Of a stretch of DNA of 29,522 nucleotides, positions 8,767 to 18,130 are shown piece by piece; positions within the stretch are counted from its first letter, which is position 1; every line of letters starts with the position of its first letter. The position numbers and the translations under genes are program-made. Location: positions 1 to 29,522 of the forward strand of contig JBKOWC010000176.1 of assembly GCA_046724215.1 (NCBI GenBank), written 5' to 3'. The notes beneath the pieces were generated by a model, which saw only the letters and a list, made by a program, of their open reading frames with translations, searched no databases and had not been told where the DNA came from. Origin of the DNA: Pseudomonadota bacterium (GTDB taxonomy: Bacteria; Pseudomonadota; Alphaproteobacteria; Dongiales; Dongiaceae).

Positions 8767-10080
8767 ATGGGACGCTGGACATCGCTGATCGACGACATGG
8801 TTGCGGGCCGCTGGATCAATCCGGAAACCGGGCAGCCCGGCAAGGTCCCCTATGAAGCTGTCGTGATCGAGGAGCGGCTGGACGGCAGCGAGGCGGATCT
8901 GGTGGGAAGGCTCGGATTCCGTGGGCGGCTTGCCGTCGTATCCGACCAGGACACCCATGACGTGATGGGCGCCCGAGTCGCGACCGCGCTGCAGGCGGTG
9001 GCAACCGTCGAGAGCATCGTGCTCGAGCATCCGCATGCCGACGAAGCGAATGTCGCCGCGCTGCGCGAGCGCGTGCGTCATGCTGACGCCCTTGTCGCGG
9101 TCGGGTCGGGTACGATCAACGATCTCTGCAAATACGTGACGGCCACGGACGGCCGCGCCTACTGCGTCTTCGCCACGGCGCCGTCCATGAACGGCTACAC
9201 CTCCACGACCGCGTCGATCACGCTGGCGAACGGCCTCAAGGTCTCGAAGCGGGCGCACGCGCCCAAGGGCGTCTTCATCGACCTTGCCGTCAACGCGGCC
9301 GCGCCGACCTACCTCCTGGCCGCCGGCTTCGGCGACTGCCTGGTGCGGTCCGTGGCCCAGGTCGACTGGTGGCTGTCGAAGCGCCTGCTCGACACGTTCT
9401 ATACCGACCTGCCGTTTCGCATCGAACTGGCGGACGAGGCGGAGCTGATGGCGCGCGCCGGCGATCTCGCACGCGGCGATATCGAGGCCGTCGGCTATCT
9501 CCACCGCGTGCTCACCCTGTGCGGCTTCGGCGTCAGTTTCACCGGCGCGACCAACCACGGATCCATGGGGGAGCATCAGATCTCGCATTACATCGATTGC
9601 TTTGCTGGCGACCGACATCCGGGCACACTGCATGGCCAGCAGGTCGGCGTCGCCGCCCTGACGATGGCCCGGTTGCAGGCGAAGATCCTCGACACGGACG
9701 CCCCTCCGGTCGTCGCCGCAACGAGCGTGGACGAGACCGACATGCGCCGGCGCTACGGCGACGAGGTTTTCGCGATCTGCCGTGCCGAACTCGATCAGAA
9801 GGCGCTCGACGCCGCGGGCGCCGACAGACTCAATGCGAAACTCGAATCGATCTGGCCGCAACTCCGCTCGGAACTGCAGGCATTCAGGGTGCCGGTCGAG
9901 AGGATGCGCAGCGCGCTCGCCAGTGCCGGCGGGCCGACCACGGCAGCCGCACTCGGCCTCGACGTGGGCTTCTACCGAGAGGCGGTGCGTCACGCCCGTG
10001 AAATCCGCAAGCGCTATTCGGCGCTCGATCTGGCCGCCGACGCCCGTCGCCTGGACGAGTTCGCCGCCGGGGAAGGCTGA
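8767..10080 (+). CDS. sn-glycerol-1-phosphate dehydrogenase-like protein (EgsA/AraM, DHQS-like fold)
   Basis: VGSGTINDLCK, TAPSMNGYTS, AGFGD, GEHQISH and HGQQVG motifs match the NAD- and metal-binding motifs of EgsA/AraM. Start ATG 8767 or GTG 8752, no clear SD. Confidence 0.8.
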   Translation: MGRWTSLIDDMVAGRWINPETGQPGKVPYEAVVIEERLDGSEADLVGRLGFRGRLAVVSDQDTHDVMGARVATALQAVATVESIVLEHPHADEANVAALRERVRHADALVAVGSGTINDLCKYVTATDGRAYCVFATAPSMNGYTSTTASITLANGLKVSKRAHAPKGVFIDLAVNAAAPTYLLAAGFGDCLVRSVAQVDWWLSKRLLDTFYTDLPFRIELADEAELMARAGDLARGDIEAVGYLHRVLTLCGFGVSFTGATNHGSMGEHQISHYIDCFAGDRHPGTLHGQQVGVAALTMARLQAKILDTDAPPVVAATSVDETDMRRRYGDEVFAICRAELDQKALDAAGADRLNAKLESIWPQLRSELQAFRVPVERMRSALASAGGPTTAAALGLDVGFYREAVRHAREIRKRYSALDLAADARRLDEFAAGEG

Positions 10081-10094
10081 GAGCCGCCGGCCCG

Positions 10095-10943
10095 TTACCA
10101 TCGCAATTCCTTCAAGATCCAGTCTGGCGTATCGCCCGCGGCCCCGTCGCGCGCCATGAGCGCTGCCACGCTGAGATCGGCGGACACCCCGGAGCGGACA
10201 AGTGCCGTCGCGGCGGAGATGGTCGCTGCCCCGGCTATGTCGTGATCAATGCTGTCGCCGATCGCCAGAACGCACGCCGGTGGCGGATGGCCAGCCAGCT
10301 CGAGGGCAGATTGATAGATCTCTCGAAACGGCTTGCCGATCCATCGCACCGGCCCACCCAGGGAGGAATATAGATCGGCAATGGCGCCGGGTGCCGCAAC
10401 CGGACCACGGGCGGTTAGCATGAGGCGATCGGGATTGCAGCATAGCGCCGGCAATCCTGCTTCCGCCGCAGGCCGCAGCAACCTGGCGTAGTCATCCAGG
10501 CTCGTCGCCGGGGCATTGGATCCCAGGAACAGGACGAATTCGGACTGCTCCGGTAAGTCGACTGAGACGAGGCCCAGATCGTCGAACCCATAATCGTCAC
10601 CGGCCCGCCCGACGATGCAGACTCGTCGGCAGGTACGGAATGGATCCCCGAATGCGCCGTCGCGAATGCCCCGCCACGCCACTTCGCCGGAGCTGACGAC
10701 ATCCAGGAACAGCGAGCGATCCAGACCGAGCCGTAGGAGGCGATCCCGATTGGCTGCTGCGCGCTTGCCGGAGTTTGTCACGACGATGGAGCGCGCCCCA
10801 CGTCGAGCAAGCTGCAAGAGAACGGGAAGGACTTGATCATAGAGGCGCTGCCCATCATGGAGCACGCCGTATTGATCGAAGAGAAACACATCGTAGCGGT
10901 CGGCAATCTCGCCGAGCCCCGCGATTTCCTGTGGGCGCGTCAT
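10095..10943 (-). CDS. HAD-superfamily subfamily IIA hydrolase (TIGR01459-like; synteny equivalent of S. meliloti rbtC)
   Basis: FLFDQYGVLHDG motif I, VTNSGKR, CCNPD, IGKP, AIGDSIDHDIAGA. ATG 10943 overlaps the upstream stop. Confidence 0.88.
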   Translation of the reverse strand: MTRPQEIAGLGEIADRYDVFLFDQYGVLHDGQRLYDQVLPVLLQLARRGARSIVVTNSGKRAAANRDRLLRLGLDRSLFLDVVSSGEVAWRGIRDGAFGDPFRTCRRVCIVGRAGDDYGFDDLGLVSVDLPEQSEFVLFLGSNAPATSLDDYARLLRPAAEAGLPALCCNPDRLMLTARGPVAAPGAIADLYSSLGGPVRWIGKPFREIYQSALELAGHPPPACVLAIGDSIDHDIAGAATISAATALVRSGVSADLSVAALMARDGAAGDTPDWILKELRW

Positions 10944-12223
10944 GTGCTGACGCTGAGCCCGATGCCCTGCCAAGCCAGGCGCGCCGCTCCGACCGCCGCT
11001 TCTTGGGAGCGGACCGGCAGAAAGGGCACGCCGAGCCGGGCCTCTCGAATCCTGCTCCAGGCCCGATTGAGCGCCCCGCCACCGACGCTCCGCATGCTCC
11101 GGAGCGGCGTTGCGCCCAGTTCCGCCAGCCGCCGATAAGCGGTCGCCTCGATCGCTGCGATGCCTTCAAGGAGGCCCTGGAGGAAGACGCGGTCGTCTGC
11201 CGGCCGCGGCGTGATCCGCGGCTGGAGCGACGCGTCGTTGAAGGGAAATCGCTCGCCTGGTGTCGTCAGCGGATAGTAGTCGAGGCCGGTCGGCCGCGTG
11301 GGATCGAGGCTCGGCTCAAGCTCCCGGAGACGCTGCGCAGAGAAGAATGATGCCAGGACCGCGCCGCCGGTATTGGACGCACCGCCCGCCAGCCAGGCGT
11401 CCCCGATGCGGTGACTATAGATGCCGAACTGCGGTGCGAAGATCGGCGCCTCGGTCAGCAGTTTCAGAGTCAATGTCGAGCCAAGTGATGTGACACCGTC
11501 GCCCGGCCGGTCCGCGCCGGTAGCCAGAAACGCGGCGCATCCGTCGGTCGTGCCAGCGACCACGGAGACGTCGTCAGGCAAGCCGAAATGTTGCGCGACA
11601 GCCGGCAGCAGTTGGCCGATGCGCGAACCGGCCGGCACGACAAGAGGAAGCAGGTCGGGCTGCATCCCAGCGAGTCCGATCCAATCAGGCCATTGCCGCA
11701 GAACGGGATCGTAGCCCGTCTTCAGCGCGTTGTTTTCGTCGGTGACATCGAAACGCCCAGACAGCTGCCCGGCGATCCAATCAGCCTGATGTAGGATGCG
11801 CGCAACGCCTGGCGTCCCTTGCAACTGGAGTGCCCGGCCGAGAGCGGAGCTAGCGCCATGGGCCGCCGTTGTCGGTGGCGCCACCGCGGCAATCACCTTT
11901 GCCTGATCGGCTGCCGAAGCGTCGTTGTATAGACGGGCCGGAGCCAGCGGCCGCCCGGCGGCATCGACTGCCAACACCGTGCCCGAGGTGCCATCGACGG
12001 CGAGCGCCCGTACGGCCTTGGCGTCGATCTGGCCGAGAAGCTCTGTCAGTGCACGGCCAGCGGCCGACCACCAGATGTGCACGTCCTGTTCGATGACCGG
12101 CCCATGCCGCAACGCCGGCGGCAGCGCCTGCGAAGAAGCAGCGACCAATTGCCCGGTTCGATCGACAGCGCAGATGCGGATTCCGGACGTCCCGACGTCG
12201 ATGCCGAGCGCAAGTCCCGTCAA
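10940..12223 (-). CDS. Short FGGY-family carbohydrate kinase (synteny equivalent of rbtB)
   Basis: LGIDVGTSGIR, VDGTSGT, AGTTDG, SLGSTLTLK, GGASNTGGAVL, LLEGIA. Likely TTG start at 12223 with GGAGG RBS, overlapping the previous stop. Confidence 0.88.
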   Translation of the reverse strand: MTGLALGIDVGTSGIRICAVDRTGQLVAASSQALPPALRHGPVIEQDVHIWWSAAGRALTELLGQIDAKAVRALAVDGTSGTVLAVDAAGRPLAPARLYNDASAADQAKVIAAVAPPTTAAHGASSALGRALQLQGTPGVARILHQADWIAGQLSGRFDVTDENNALKTGYDPVLRQWPDWIGLAGMQPDLLPLVVPAGSRIGQLLPAVAQHFGLPDDVSVVAGTTDGCAAFLATGADRPGDGVTSLGSTLTLKLLTEAPIFAPQFGIYSHRIGDAWLAGGASNTGGAVLASFFSAQRLRELEPSLDPTRPTGLDYYPLTTPGERFPFNDASLQPRITPRPADDRVFLQGLLEGIAAIEATAYRRLAELGATPLRSMRSVGGGALNRAWSRIREARLGVPFLPVRSQEAAVGAARLAWQGIGLSVST

Positions 12224-13290
12224 CCGGGCCTCCGCGCCAACGTCTTGCGATACCGCTCCGCGTCCCAATTGAGGAGGGCCGCCTCGTCCTCCGGCGATAG
12301 CACGCGGATCGGTTCATCATCGGAGAGTCGCGACAACACATCACTGAGACAGCCCACCATCGCTTCCACCGCCGGTGGTGCGGTCGCCCGGATGAGCACG
12401 CCCTTGCCCGGCGCCAGAATAAGCGGCGGCTCGCCTCGCCCCTCCTGGTTCGCGCGCCGCAGGCCGGCATCCACGGTCTCGTTCTGCCGCAACACGAAGA
12501 CGCCCGGGCCCAGGAATACGACATGATCCGGATACAGCGAGCCGCGCTGCGCGATCGCCAGACTTTGTGGATCCGTTGCGACGCCGTGCGCGCTGGTCAT
12601 CCTTGGTAATCGGTAGATCGATCCGCCGGCAAGCATCGCCAAGCCGGCAATGTCTGGGTCGGGCGCGGAGTGCGTCGGTCGCCGCAGTCTTGTAGAAACC
12701 TCTGTCAGCATCGCTGCCGCCGCCGCGACGGTCTGACCGGCGACCACAAGCCCGTGGTTCGCCAGTACGACGACCACCGTCTCGACCTGTCGTCGTCGGT
12801 TGATCAATTGCGTCAACGGCAGCCCTGGCCGCACATAAGGGACGAAGCACCAGTTCAACCCCCGCAGTCGATGCGCCAGCTGGACTTCGGCATCGGCGCG
12901 CACCGCCCAGGCGATGGTCTCGACGCAATGCACATGCAGCACCACGGGCTGCGGCAGCGCCGCGTGCATGGTCGTTTCGATCGACGGCCGCAGTCCCGTC
13001 GAATCCTGTCCGGCAACCACGAACTCGACGCCGCTTTCGCAGGCGGGATCGCCCCGGTCGATGGCCGCACGCAGCGGCGCGAGGTCGACCGCGACCATGA
13101 TCGGGCGTTCGCGGGCCTGCGAGAGCCAGGTGCCGGAGGCCTTGATCCACATGACGCCATTGCGCTTCAGCGAGGTGTTCCCGCCCGGACCCTGGACAAG
13201 CGCAGGATCGCTCCCGAGTTTCGCCGAGAGGTCGCGCAGGGCCGCGAATTCCGGATCGGCCAAGGCGGATTCATGCGGCGTCGTCATCAT
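12220..13290 (-). CDS. Class II aldolase/adducin-family protein, RhaD-like N-domain without SDR domain (synteny equivalent of lalA)
   Basis: VQGPGGNTSLK, WIKASG, LRPSIETTMHA, VLHVH, LANHG, GSLYPDHVVFLG. ATG 13290 overlaps the eryB stop. Confidence 0.85.
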   Translation of the reverse strand: MMTTPHESALADPEFAALRDLSAKLGSDPALVQGPGGNTSLKRNGVMWIKASGTWLSQARERPIMVAVDLAPLRAAIDRGDPACESGVEFVVAGQDSTGLRPSIETTMHAALPQPVVLHVHCVETIAWAVRADAEVQLAHRLRGLNWCFVPYVRPGLPLTQLINRRRQVETVVVVLANHGLVVAGQTVAAAAAMLTEVSTRLRRPTHSAPDPDIAGLAMLAGGSIYRLPRMTSAHGVATDPQSLAIAQRGSLYPDHVVFLGPGVFVLRQNETVDAGLRRANQEGRGEPPLILAPGKGVLIRATAPPAVEAMVGCLSDVLSRLSDDEPIRVLSPEDEAALLNWDAERYRKTLARRPG

Positions 13291-14777
13291 GCCACCTGCA
13301 GCCAGTTTGCGAAGGCTTCTCGCGACGCCTGATCGAGATGCAGGCCGTGCTTGGTCCGTCGGAGCAGCATGTCCTCGGCGGTCTCCGCCCACTCCGTCTC
13401 GCGCAGATAGTGGGCCTCGCGCTCGTATAGCAGGCCGCCGAAATGCCGCCCGAGGTCAGCCAGCGAACGCGCCGCGCCGATGATGGCATCGGCGCGCGTG
13501 CCGTAGAGCCGCGCATAGTGTTGCGCCAGTGGCACCGGAAGCCACGCATGACGCTGCCGCAGGGTGGTGAGAAAGGCGTCGAAGTCGCTGCGCGGCAGAT
13601 CGCCGCCGGGCAGCGGCGCGGTTGCGGTCCATGCGCTGCCCATCCGTGGAAATACGCTCGCGAGTTCGGCCATGGCGTGCTCGGCCAGCTTCCGGTAGGT
13701 CGTGATCTTGCCGCCGAATACCGACAGGATCGGCGCGCCGCCGCCACTGTCCGTGTCGAAGACATAGTCGCGCGTCACCGCGGAGGGATTGGCCGCATTG
13801 TCGTCGTAGAGCGGGCGCACGCCGGAATAGGCATGCCGAATGTCGGCACGGTGCAGTTCGTGGGTGACATAGCGGTTGACGGCCGCAAGCAGATAGTCGA
13901 TCTCCGCATCGTCGATGGCGACGTCCTCGGCGGCCCCGGCATAGGGCACATCGGTCGTGCCGATGAGACAAAGGTCGTCTTCGTACGGATTGACGAAGAT
14001 CACGCGCCGATCGTGATTCTGGAACAGATAGGCCTGCGGACCCTCCCAGAACTTCCGCACGACGATATGGCTGCCCTTGACGAGCCGCACGCGGCGCCGC
14101 GAATTCAGGCGCGCGACCTGGCCGATGACGCCCTCGACCCAGGGCCCGGCGGCATTGACGATCGCCCTCGCCCGCACCTGGGACGCCGAGCCGTTACGCA
14201 GCAGGTCTACCTCCCAGACGCCGTCGATGCGCCGCGCCGAGCGCGCCGCCGTTCGCGTCAGCACCGTGGCCCCGAGCCGACTGGCGTCCAGCGCGTTCAA
14301 GACCACCAGACGGGCATCGTCGACCCAGCAGTCCGAATACTCGAAGGCCAGCCGGAATTCATCGCGGATGATGCGGCCTTCCGGCGCGGCGCGCAGGTTG
14401 ATGCGACGACAACCCGGCAATCGCTTGCGACCGCCGAGATGGTCGTAGAAAAACAATCCCAGGCGGACGAGCCAGGCAGGCCTCTGCTCGGGCGAATGCG
14501 GCAGCACGAACCGCATCGGCCAGATGATATGCGGTGCCGCCGCCATAAGAACTTCGCGCTCGATCAGTGCCTCGCGCACAAGCCGGAACTCGTAGTACTC
14601 GAGATACCGCAGGCCGCCATGAACGAGCTTGCCGGATCGAGAACTCGTTCCTTCTGCAAGGTCGCCTTTTTCGCAGAGGAGGACCGACAATCCCCGTCCG
14701 GCCGCGTCGCGGGCAATCCCCGCCCCGTTGACGCCGCCGCCGATCACCAGGAGATCGACCGTCCCGTTGTTCGCCAT
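13287..14777 (-). CDS. eryB: Erythritol-phosphate dehydrogenase (FAD-dependent GlpD family)
   Basis: GGGVNGAG, GTSSRSGKLVHGGLRYLEYYEFRLVREAL, QNHDRRVIF and NPSAVTRDYVFD closely match EryB as I recall it. Located in an eryA/eryD locus. Confidence 0.9.
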   Translation of the reverse strand: MANNGTVDLLVIGGGVNGAGIARDAAGRGLSVLLCEKGDLAEGTSSRSGKLVHGGLRYLEYYEFRLVREALIEREVLMAAAPHIIWPMRFVLPHSPEQRPAWLVRLGLFFYDHLGGRKRLPGCRRINLRAAPEGRIIRDEFRLAFEYSDCWVDDARLVVLNALDASRLGATVLTRTAARSARRIDGVWEVDLLRNGSASQVRARAIVNAAGPWVEGVIGQVARLNSRRRVRLVKGSHIVVRKFWEGPQAYLFQNHDRRVIFVNPYEDDLCLIGTTDVPYAGAAEDVAIDDAEIDYLLAAVNRYVTHELHRADIRHAYSGVRPLYDDNAANPSAVTRDYVFDTDSGGGAPILSVFGGKITTYRKLAEHAMAELASVFPRMGSAWTATAPLPGGDLPRSDFDAFLTTLRQRHAWLPVPLAQHYARLYGTRADAIIGAARSLADLGRHFGGLLYEREAHYLRETEWAETAEDMLLRRTKHGLHLDQASREAFANWLQVA

Positions 14778-14804
14778 GTGCGACCGCTTCGCCTGGCGAA
14801 CCCG

Positions 14805-15488
14805 TCACGCGCGTTTGCGCTTGAGCTTCGCGGGTGCGTCCTGCAAGCCGTAGGTGGCAAACCCCTTTCGCGTGTCCTCGATGAGCGCGTCGGAGAGGAT
14901 GTGAGGTCGGCCCAGCGTGAGCGCGTGGTAGTACTGCTTGGCGATCGTCTCCAATTCCACCGCCAGCCACATGGCCTTGTCGAGATTGGCGCCCGTGGCG
15001 ATCACGCCGTGATTGGCGAGCAGGCAACCGGCGCGGCCTTCAAGTGCCTTCAGGGCATTCACCGACAGTTGCTTGGTGCCGTACGTGGCATAGTCGGCGC
15101 AGCGGATATCGTTGCCGCCGAAGGCGGCGATCATGTAGTGGCAGGCGGGAATCGTCTTGCGCGCGATCGCCAGCACTGTCGCAAAGGTGGAATGCGTGTG
15201 CACGATGCCGCCGACTTCCGGACGCGATCTCATGATGTCGTAGTGAAAGCGCCATTCCGTCGACGGCTTCAGCGGCCCCTCCCAGGCGCCGTACTCGCCG
15301 GTCAGCGGCATGGTCGCTATCATTTCGGGCTCCATGGCGTCGTAGGGCGTGGCGCTCGGCGTCACCAGCATGACGTCCCGGTAGCGCGCGGAGATGTTGC
15401 CCGACGTTCCCTGGTTCAGCCCGGAGTCATTCATCCAACGGCACTTGGCGATGATTGCCTCGCGCAACTTGCGTTCGTCTCTCGTCAT
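14805..15488 (-). CDS. fucA: L-fuculose-1-phosphate aldolase-like class II aldolase
   Basis: GTSGNIS, VTPS, KPSTEWRFH (catalytic Glu), IVHTHS and LANHG Zn ligands. RBS CAGGAG best fits ATG 15488; 15494 is the alternative. Confidence 0.8.
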   Translation of the reverse strand: MTRDERKLREAIIAKCRWMNDSGLNQGTSGNISARYRDVMLVTPSATPYDAMEPEMIATMPLTGEYGAWEGPLKPSTEWRFHYDIMRSRPEVGGIVHTHSTFATVLAIARKTIPACHYMIAAFGGNDIRCADYATYGTKQLSVNALKALEGRAGCLLANHGVIATGANLDKAMWLAVELETIAKQYYHALTLGRPHILSDALIEDTRKGFATYGLQDAPAKLKRKRA

Positions 15489-15524
15489 GGACATCTCCTG
15501 GAATTCGCTTGCCGCATAGGTGTC

Positions 15525-16565
15525 TCAACACGGATTCATGGGCGGCTCGGCAGCGATGAAGCGGCGCACCTCCTCGGCGGCTTGCGCCGCCGCGATCCGG
15601 ACAGTCTTCAGCGAGGCGCCGGCGATGTGCGGCGTCAGCGTCACATTCTCAAGCTGGAGCAGCGGCGAGTCCGCCGGGGTCGGCTCGACGGCGAAGGTCT
15701 CCAGCATTGCCCCGCGCAGGTGGCCGCTGCTCAGAGCCTCGTGCAGGGCGCCGTAATCGACCATCGGCCCGCGCGCGGTGTTTATGAAGTAGGCGCCTTT
15801 CTTCATGCGCGCGAAGGCCTCGTGGTTCAGCATCCGGGTCGTCTCCGCCGTGACGCGGGCGTGCAGCGTGACGACGTCGGATTCGACCAGCAGGCGATCG
15901 AGCGGGACGTGCTGCACCGCGTCGGCACGGTCTTCCGGACTCAGCTGGACGTAGGGATCGCAAACCAGAACGCGGCAGCCGAATGCCTTCAGCAGCTTGA
16001 CGACTCGCGTGCCGATGGCACCGTAACCGATGACGCCGACCGTCATGTCCGAAAGCTCGTCGCCGGCCGTGTCGGCACGGTAGAGGTCGCCGCGCCAGTT
16101 TCCCGCGCGCAGCGCATCGTGCCCGCGCGTGATGTTCCGCGTCTGCGCCAGGATGGCGCCGATGGCGAATTCGGCGACGGCGCTGGCGTTCCGCCCGGGC
16201 GTATTGACCACGCAGATCTTGCGCGCCCGCGCCGCCGGCATGTCGATGTTCACCGGGCCGCCGCGCGACACCGCGACGAGCCGCAAATTCGGCAGCCGAT
16301 CCATCATCGAGGCGGATAGCGGCGCCAGATGCGTGACGAAGATGTCCGCATCGCCGACGAACGCGATCACGTCGTCGGGTTCGCCGAGATACTCCTTCAG
16401 GCCATCGAGCCCGGCCTTGGCATAGCCATGCTCCATGGCGACATCCGGCCATGGCAGGTCCTGCTTGCGGATCGCCAGTTCTTCGGTCCGGCAACGCGCG
16501 CGGATCGCCGTCTCGAAGACATCCGACAGCATGAACCGGTCGCCCATGATGGCGATCCTCGGCAT
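15525..16565 (-). CDS. D-isomer-specific 2-hydroxyacid dehydrogenase family protein (synteny equivalent of rbtA)
   Basis: NTPGRNASAVAE, GVIGYGAIG, DPY, INTARG, TFAVEP, TPHIAG. ATG 16565 overlaps the eryA stop. Confidence 0.9.
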   Translation of the reverse strand: MPRIAIMGDRFMLSDVFETAIRARCRTEELAIRKQDLPWPDVAMEHGYAKAGLDGLKEYLGEPDDVIAFVGDADIFVTHLAPLSASMMDRLPNLRLVAVSRGGPVNIDMPAARARKICVVNTPGRNASAVAEFAIGAILAQTRNITRGHDALRAGNWRGDLYRADTAGDELSDMTVGVIGYGAIGTRVVKLLKAFGCRVLVCDPYVQLSPEDRADAVQHVPLDRLLVESDVVTLHARVTAETTRMLNHEAFARMKKGAYFINTARGPMVDYGALHEALSSGHLRGAMLETFAVEPTPADSPLLQLENVTLTPHIAGASLKTVRIAAAQAAEEVRRFIAAEPPMNPC

Positions 16566-18130
16566 CAGGCGACCGCTCCATCCCGCACGTGCCGGAGCGA
16601 CCGCCACACCGGGCGCATCGCCTTGCGGGTCTCGAGATAGACCGGAAACAAAGCGTCGTAGGTCGCGGCCAGCCCTTCATCCGGGCTCTCGGCATCGTTC
16701 AGCAGGGGATCGACCCAGGCGCCGACGCAATCGCGCATGGTCGGAAACAGCCGTTGCTGCACGGCGGCGATCATCGCGGCGCCCGACGCCCCGGCTTCCT
16801 CACGCGAGACCGAGCGAACGCGCGACCGCAGCACCGACGCGAGGATGCTGCGCAGCGCTTGTGATCGCGCGGCGCCGCCGGCGACCCTCACCTCCGCAGG
16901 CGGCGCGCCCATGGCGGCATAACAATCGCGCGCCGCGAAACACAGCCCCTCATAGACCGCCCGCACGAGGGCGAAGTACCCCGTGCCGGCCTCGAGACCG
17001 GTGAACTGCGCGCGCGCCGACGGCTCAAGGAAGGGACCGCGTTCACCGGCCTGTGAAATATAGGGGTGAAAGATGGCTTTGCCGGCCGGAGCCGCCATGA
17101 CGCTCTCGTCCAGGCTGGCCAGCAGCTCCTGGCGTGAACGCGCCACGCCGGCGCCGGCCAGGATCTCGCGCGCGATGTCCAGCAGCCAATCGATGTTCAG
17201 CGTCGCCGCCATGTTGGATTGCATCTGCGCGCATGTGCCGGGTACCGGAAACGCCACTGTGTAGCCGCTGCGCTCGGAATTGAGACGCACGCGGTCCGGC
17301 GTCATGGCGAGGCGGATGTGCATGCCGGTCGATCCGAAGATCGAACAGCCGACAGCGCCACCATTGTCGAAGAGGCCGCCGCCGAGCCCCGTGCAGATGA
17401 CGTCGAGAAATGCCAGGGCGATCGGCGTCCCTTCGGGCAGGCCCGTTTCGCGGGCGGCCGCCGCCTGCAGCCGATCCGACTCGCAGGTGCCGTCGACGAT
17501 GGGCGGCAGCAGTCTCTCGCATTCGGCAGCGTCGAGCGCACGCAGAATCCCCGCTTTGTATTGGCGCGTGCGGAAATCCCCGAACGTGAAGTTTGCTTCC
17601 GACGGATCCGTTGCGCGGCGGCCGGTCATCCGGAAGTAGAGCCAATCCTTGCAGTGAAATGCGGTCGCCGCTCGGGCCACGACCTCCGGCCTGTTTCGCT
17701 TGAGCCACACGAGCTGCAGGCTTTGCTGGCAGGCATTGATGCCTGTCCCCGTGGCCTCGTAGTGCGCCGGATATGCGGGATCGGCGATGAAGGCCTCGGC
17801 GATCGAGGCGGCCCGCGAGTCGAGCCACAGCCAGCCGGGAGCGACCGGCTCGCCTTCGCGATCGATCAGCCATGTCCCGTCGCCCTGACCCGTGACTCCG
17901 ACGGCGAGAACGCGTTGCGACAGGTTCGGCACGCGCTCGCCGAGTTGTCGCAGCGTTGCCGCCGTGTCCGTCCAGGTACGCCGCATATCCTGCTCGACGC
18001 CGCCGCCGGGGACGGTTTCGTACCGGTTCGGCAGCGCCGCCACGGCGATCTGCTCACCCGCCGTCGTGAAGGCGACCGACTTGATGACGGAGGTTCCGGC
18101 ATCGACGCCGATGAGGACGTCGCCGCTCAT
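16565..18130 (-). CDS. eryA: Erythritol kinase (FGGY family)
   Basis: IGVDAGTSVIK, TGQGDGTWL, HCKDWLY, ATDPSEANFTFG, NMAATLNIDW, HPYISQAGERGPF and RDCYAAMG match EryA as I recall it. ATG 18130 overlaps the ATPase stop. Confidence 0.92.
   Translation of the reverse strand: MSGDVLIGVDAGTSVIKSVAFTTAGEQIAVAALPNRYETVPGGGVEQDMRRTWTDTAATLRQLGERVPNLSQRVLAVGVTGQGDGTWLIDREGEPVAPGWLWLDSRAASIAEAFIADPAYPAHYEATGTGINACQQSLQLVWLKRNRPEVVARAATAFHCKDWLYFRMTGRRATDPSEANFTFGDFRTRQYKAGILRALDAAECERLLPPIVDGTCESDRLQAAAARETGLPEGTPIALAFLDVICTGLGGGLFDNGGAVGCSIFGSTGMHIRLAMTPDRVRLNSERSGYTVAFPVPGTCAQMQSNMAATLNIDWLLDIAREILAGAGVARSRQELLASLDESVMAAPAGKAIFHPYISQAGERGPFLEPSARAQFTGLEAGTGYFALVRAVYEGLCFAARDCYAAMGAPPAEVRVAGGAARSQALRSILASVLRSRVRSVSREEAGASGAAMIAAVQQRLFPTMRDCVGAWVDPLLNDAESPDEGLAATYDALFPVYLETRKAMRPVWRSLRHVRDGAVA

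Noticed and set aside
8767-10080. Archaeal-type ether lipid synthesis implied by the G1PDH homologue
   Set aside because: No GGGP/DGGGP synthase or prenyltransferase nearby. The neighbourhood is entirely sugar uptake and catabolism.
13443-16319. 958-aa + strand ORF (also 2836-4443, 19731-21281, 22109-23818 on +, and 8653-10101 on -)
   Set aside because: Antisense shadows of well-supported genes. Long stop-free reverse frames are expected at this GC content, and no family motifs are present.
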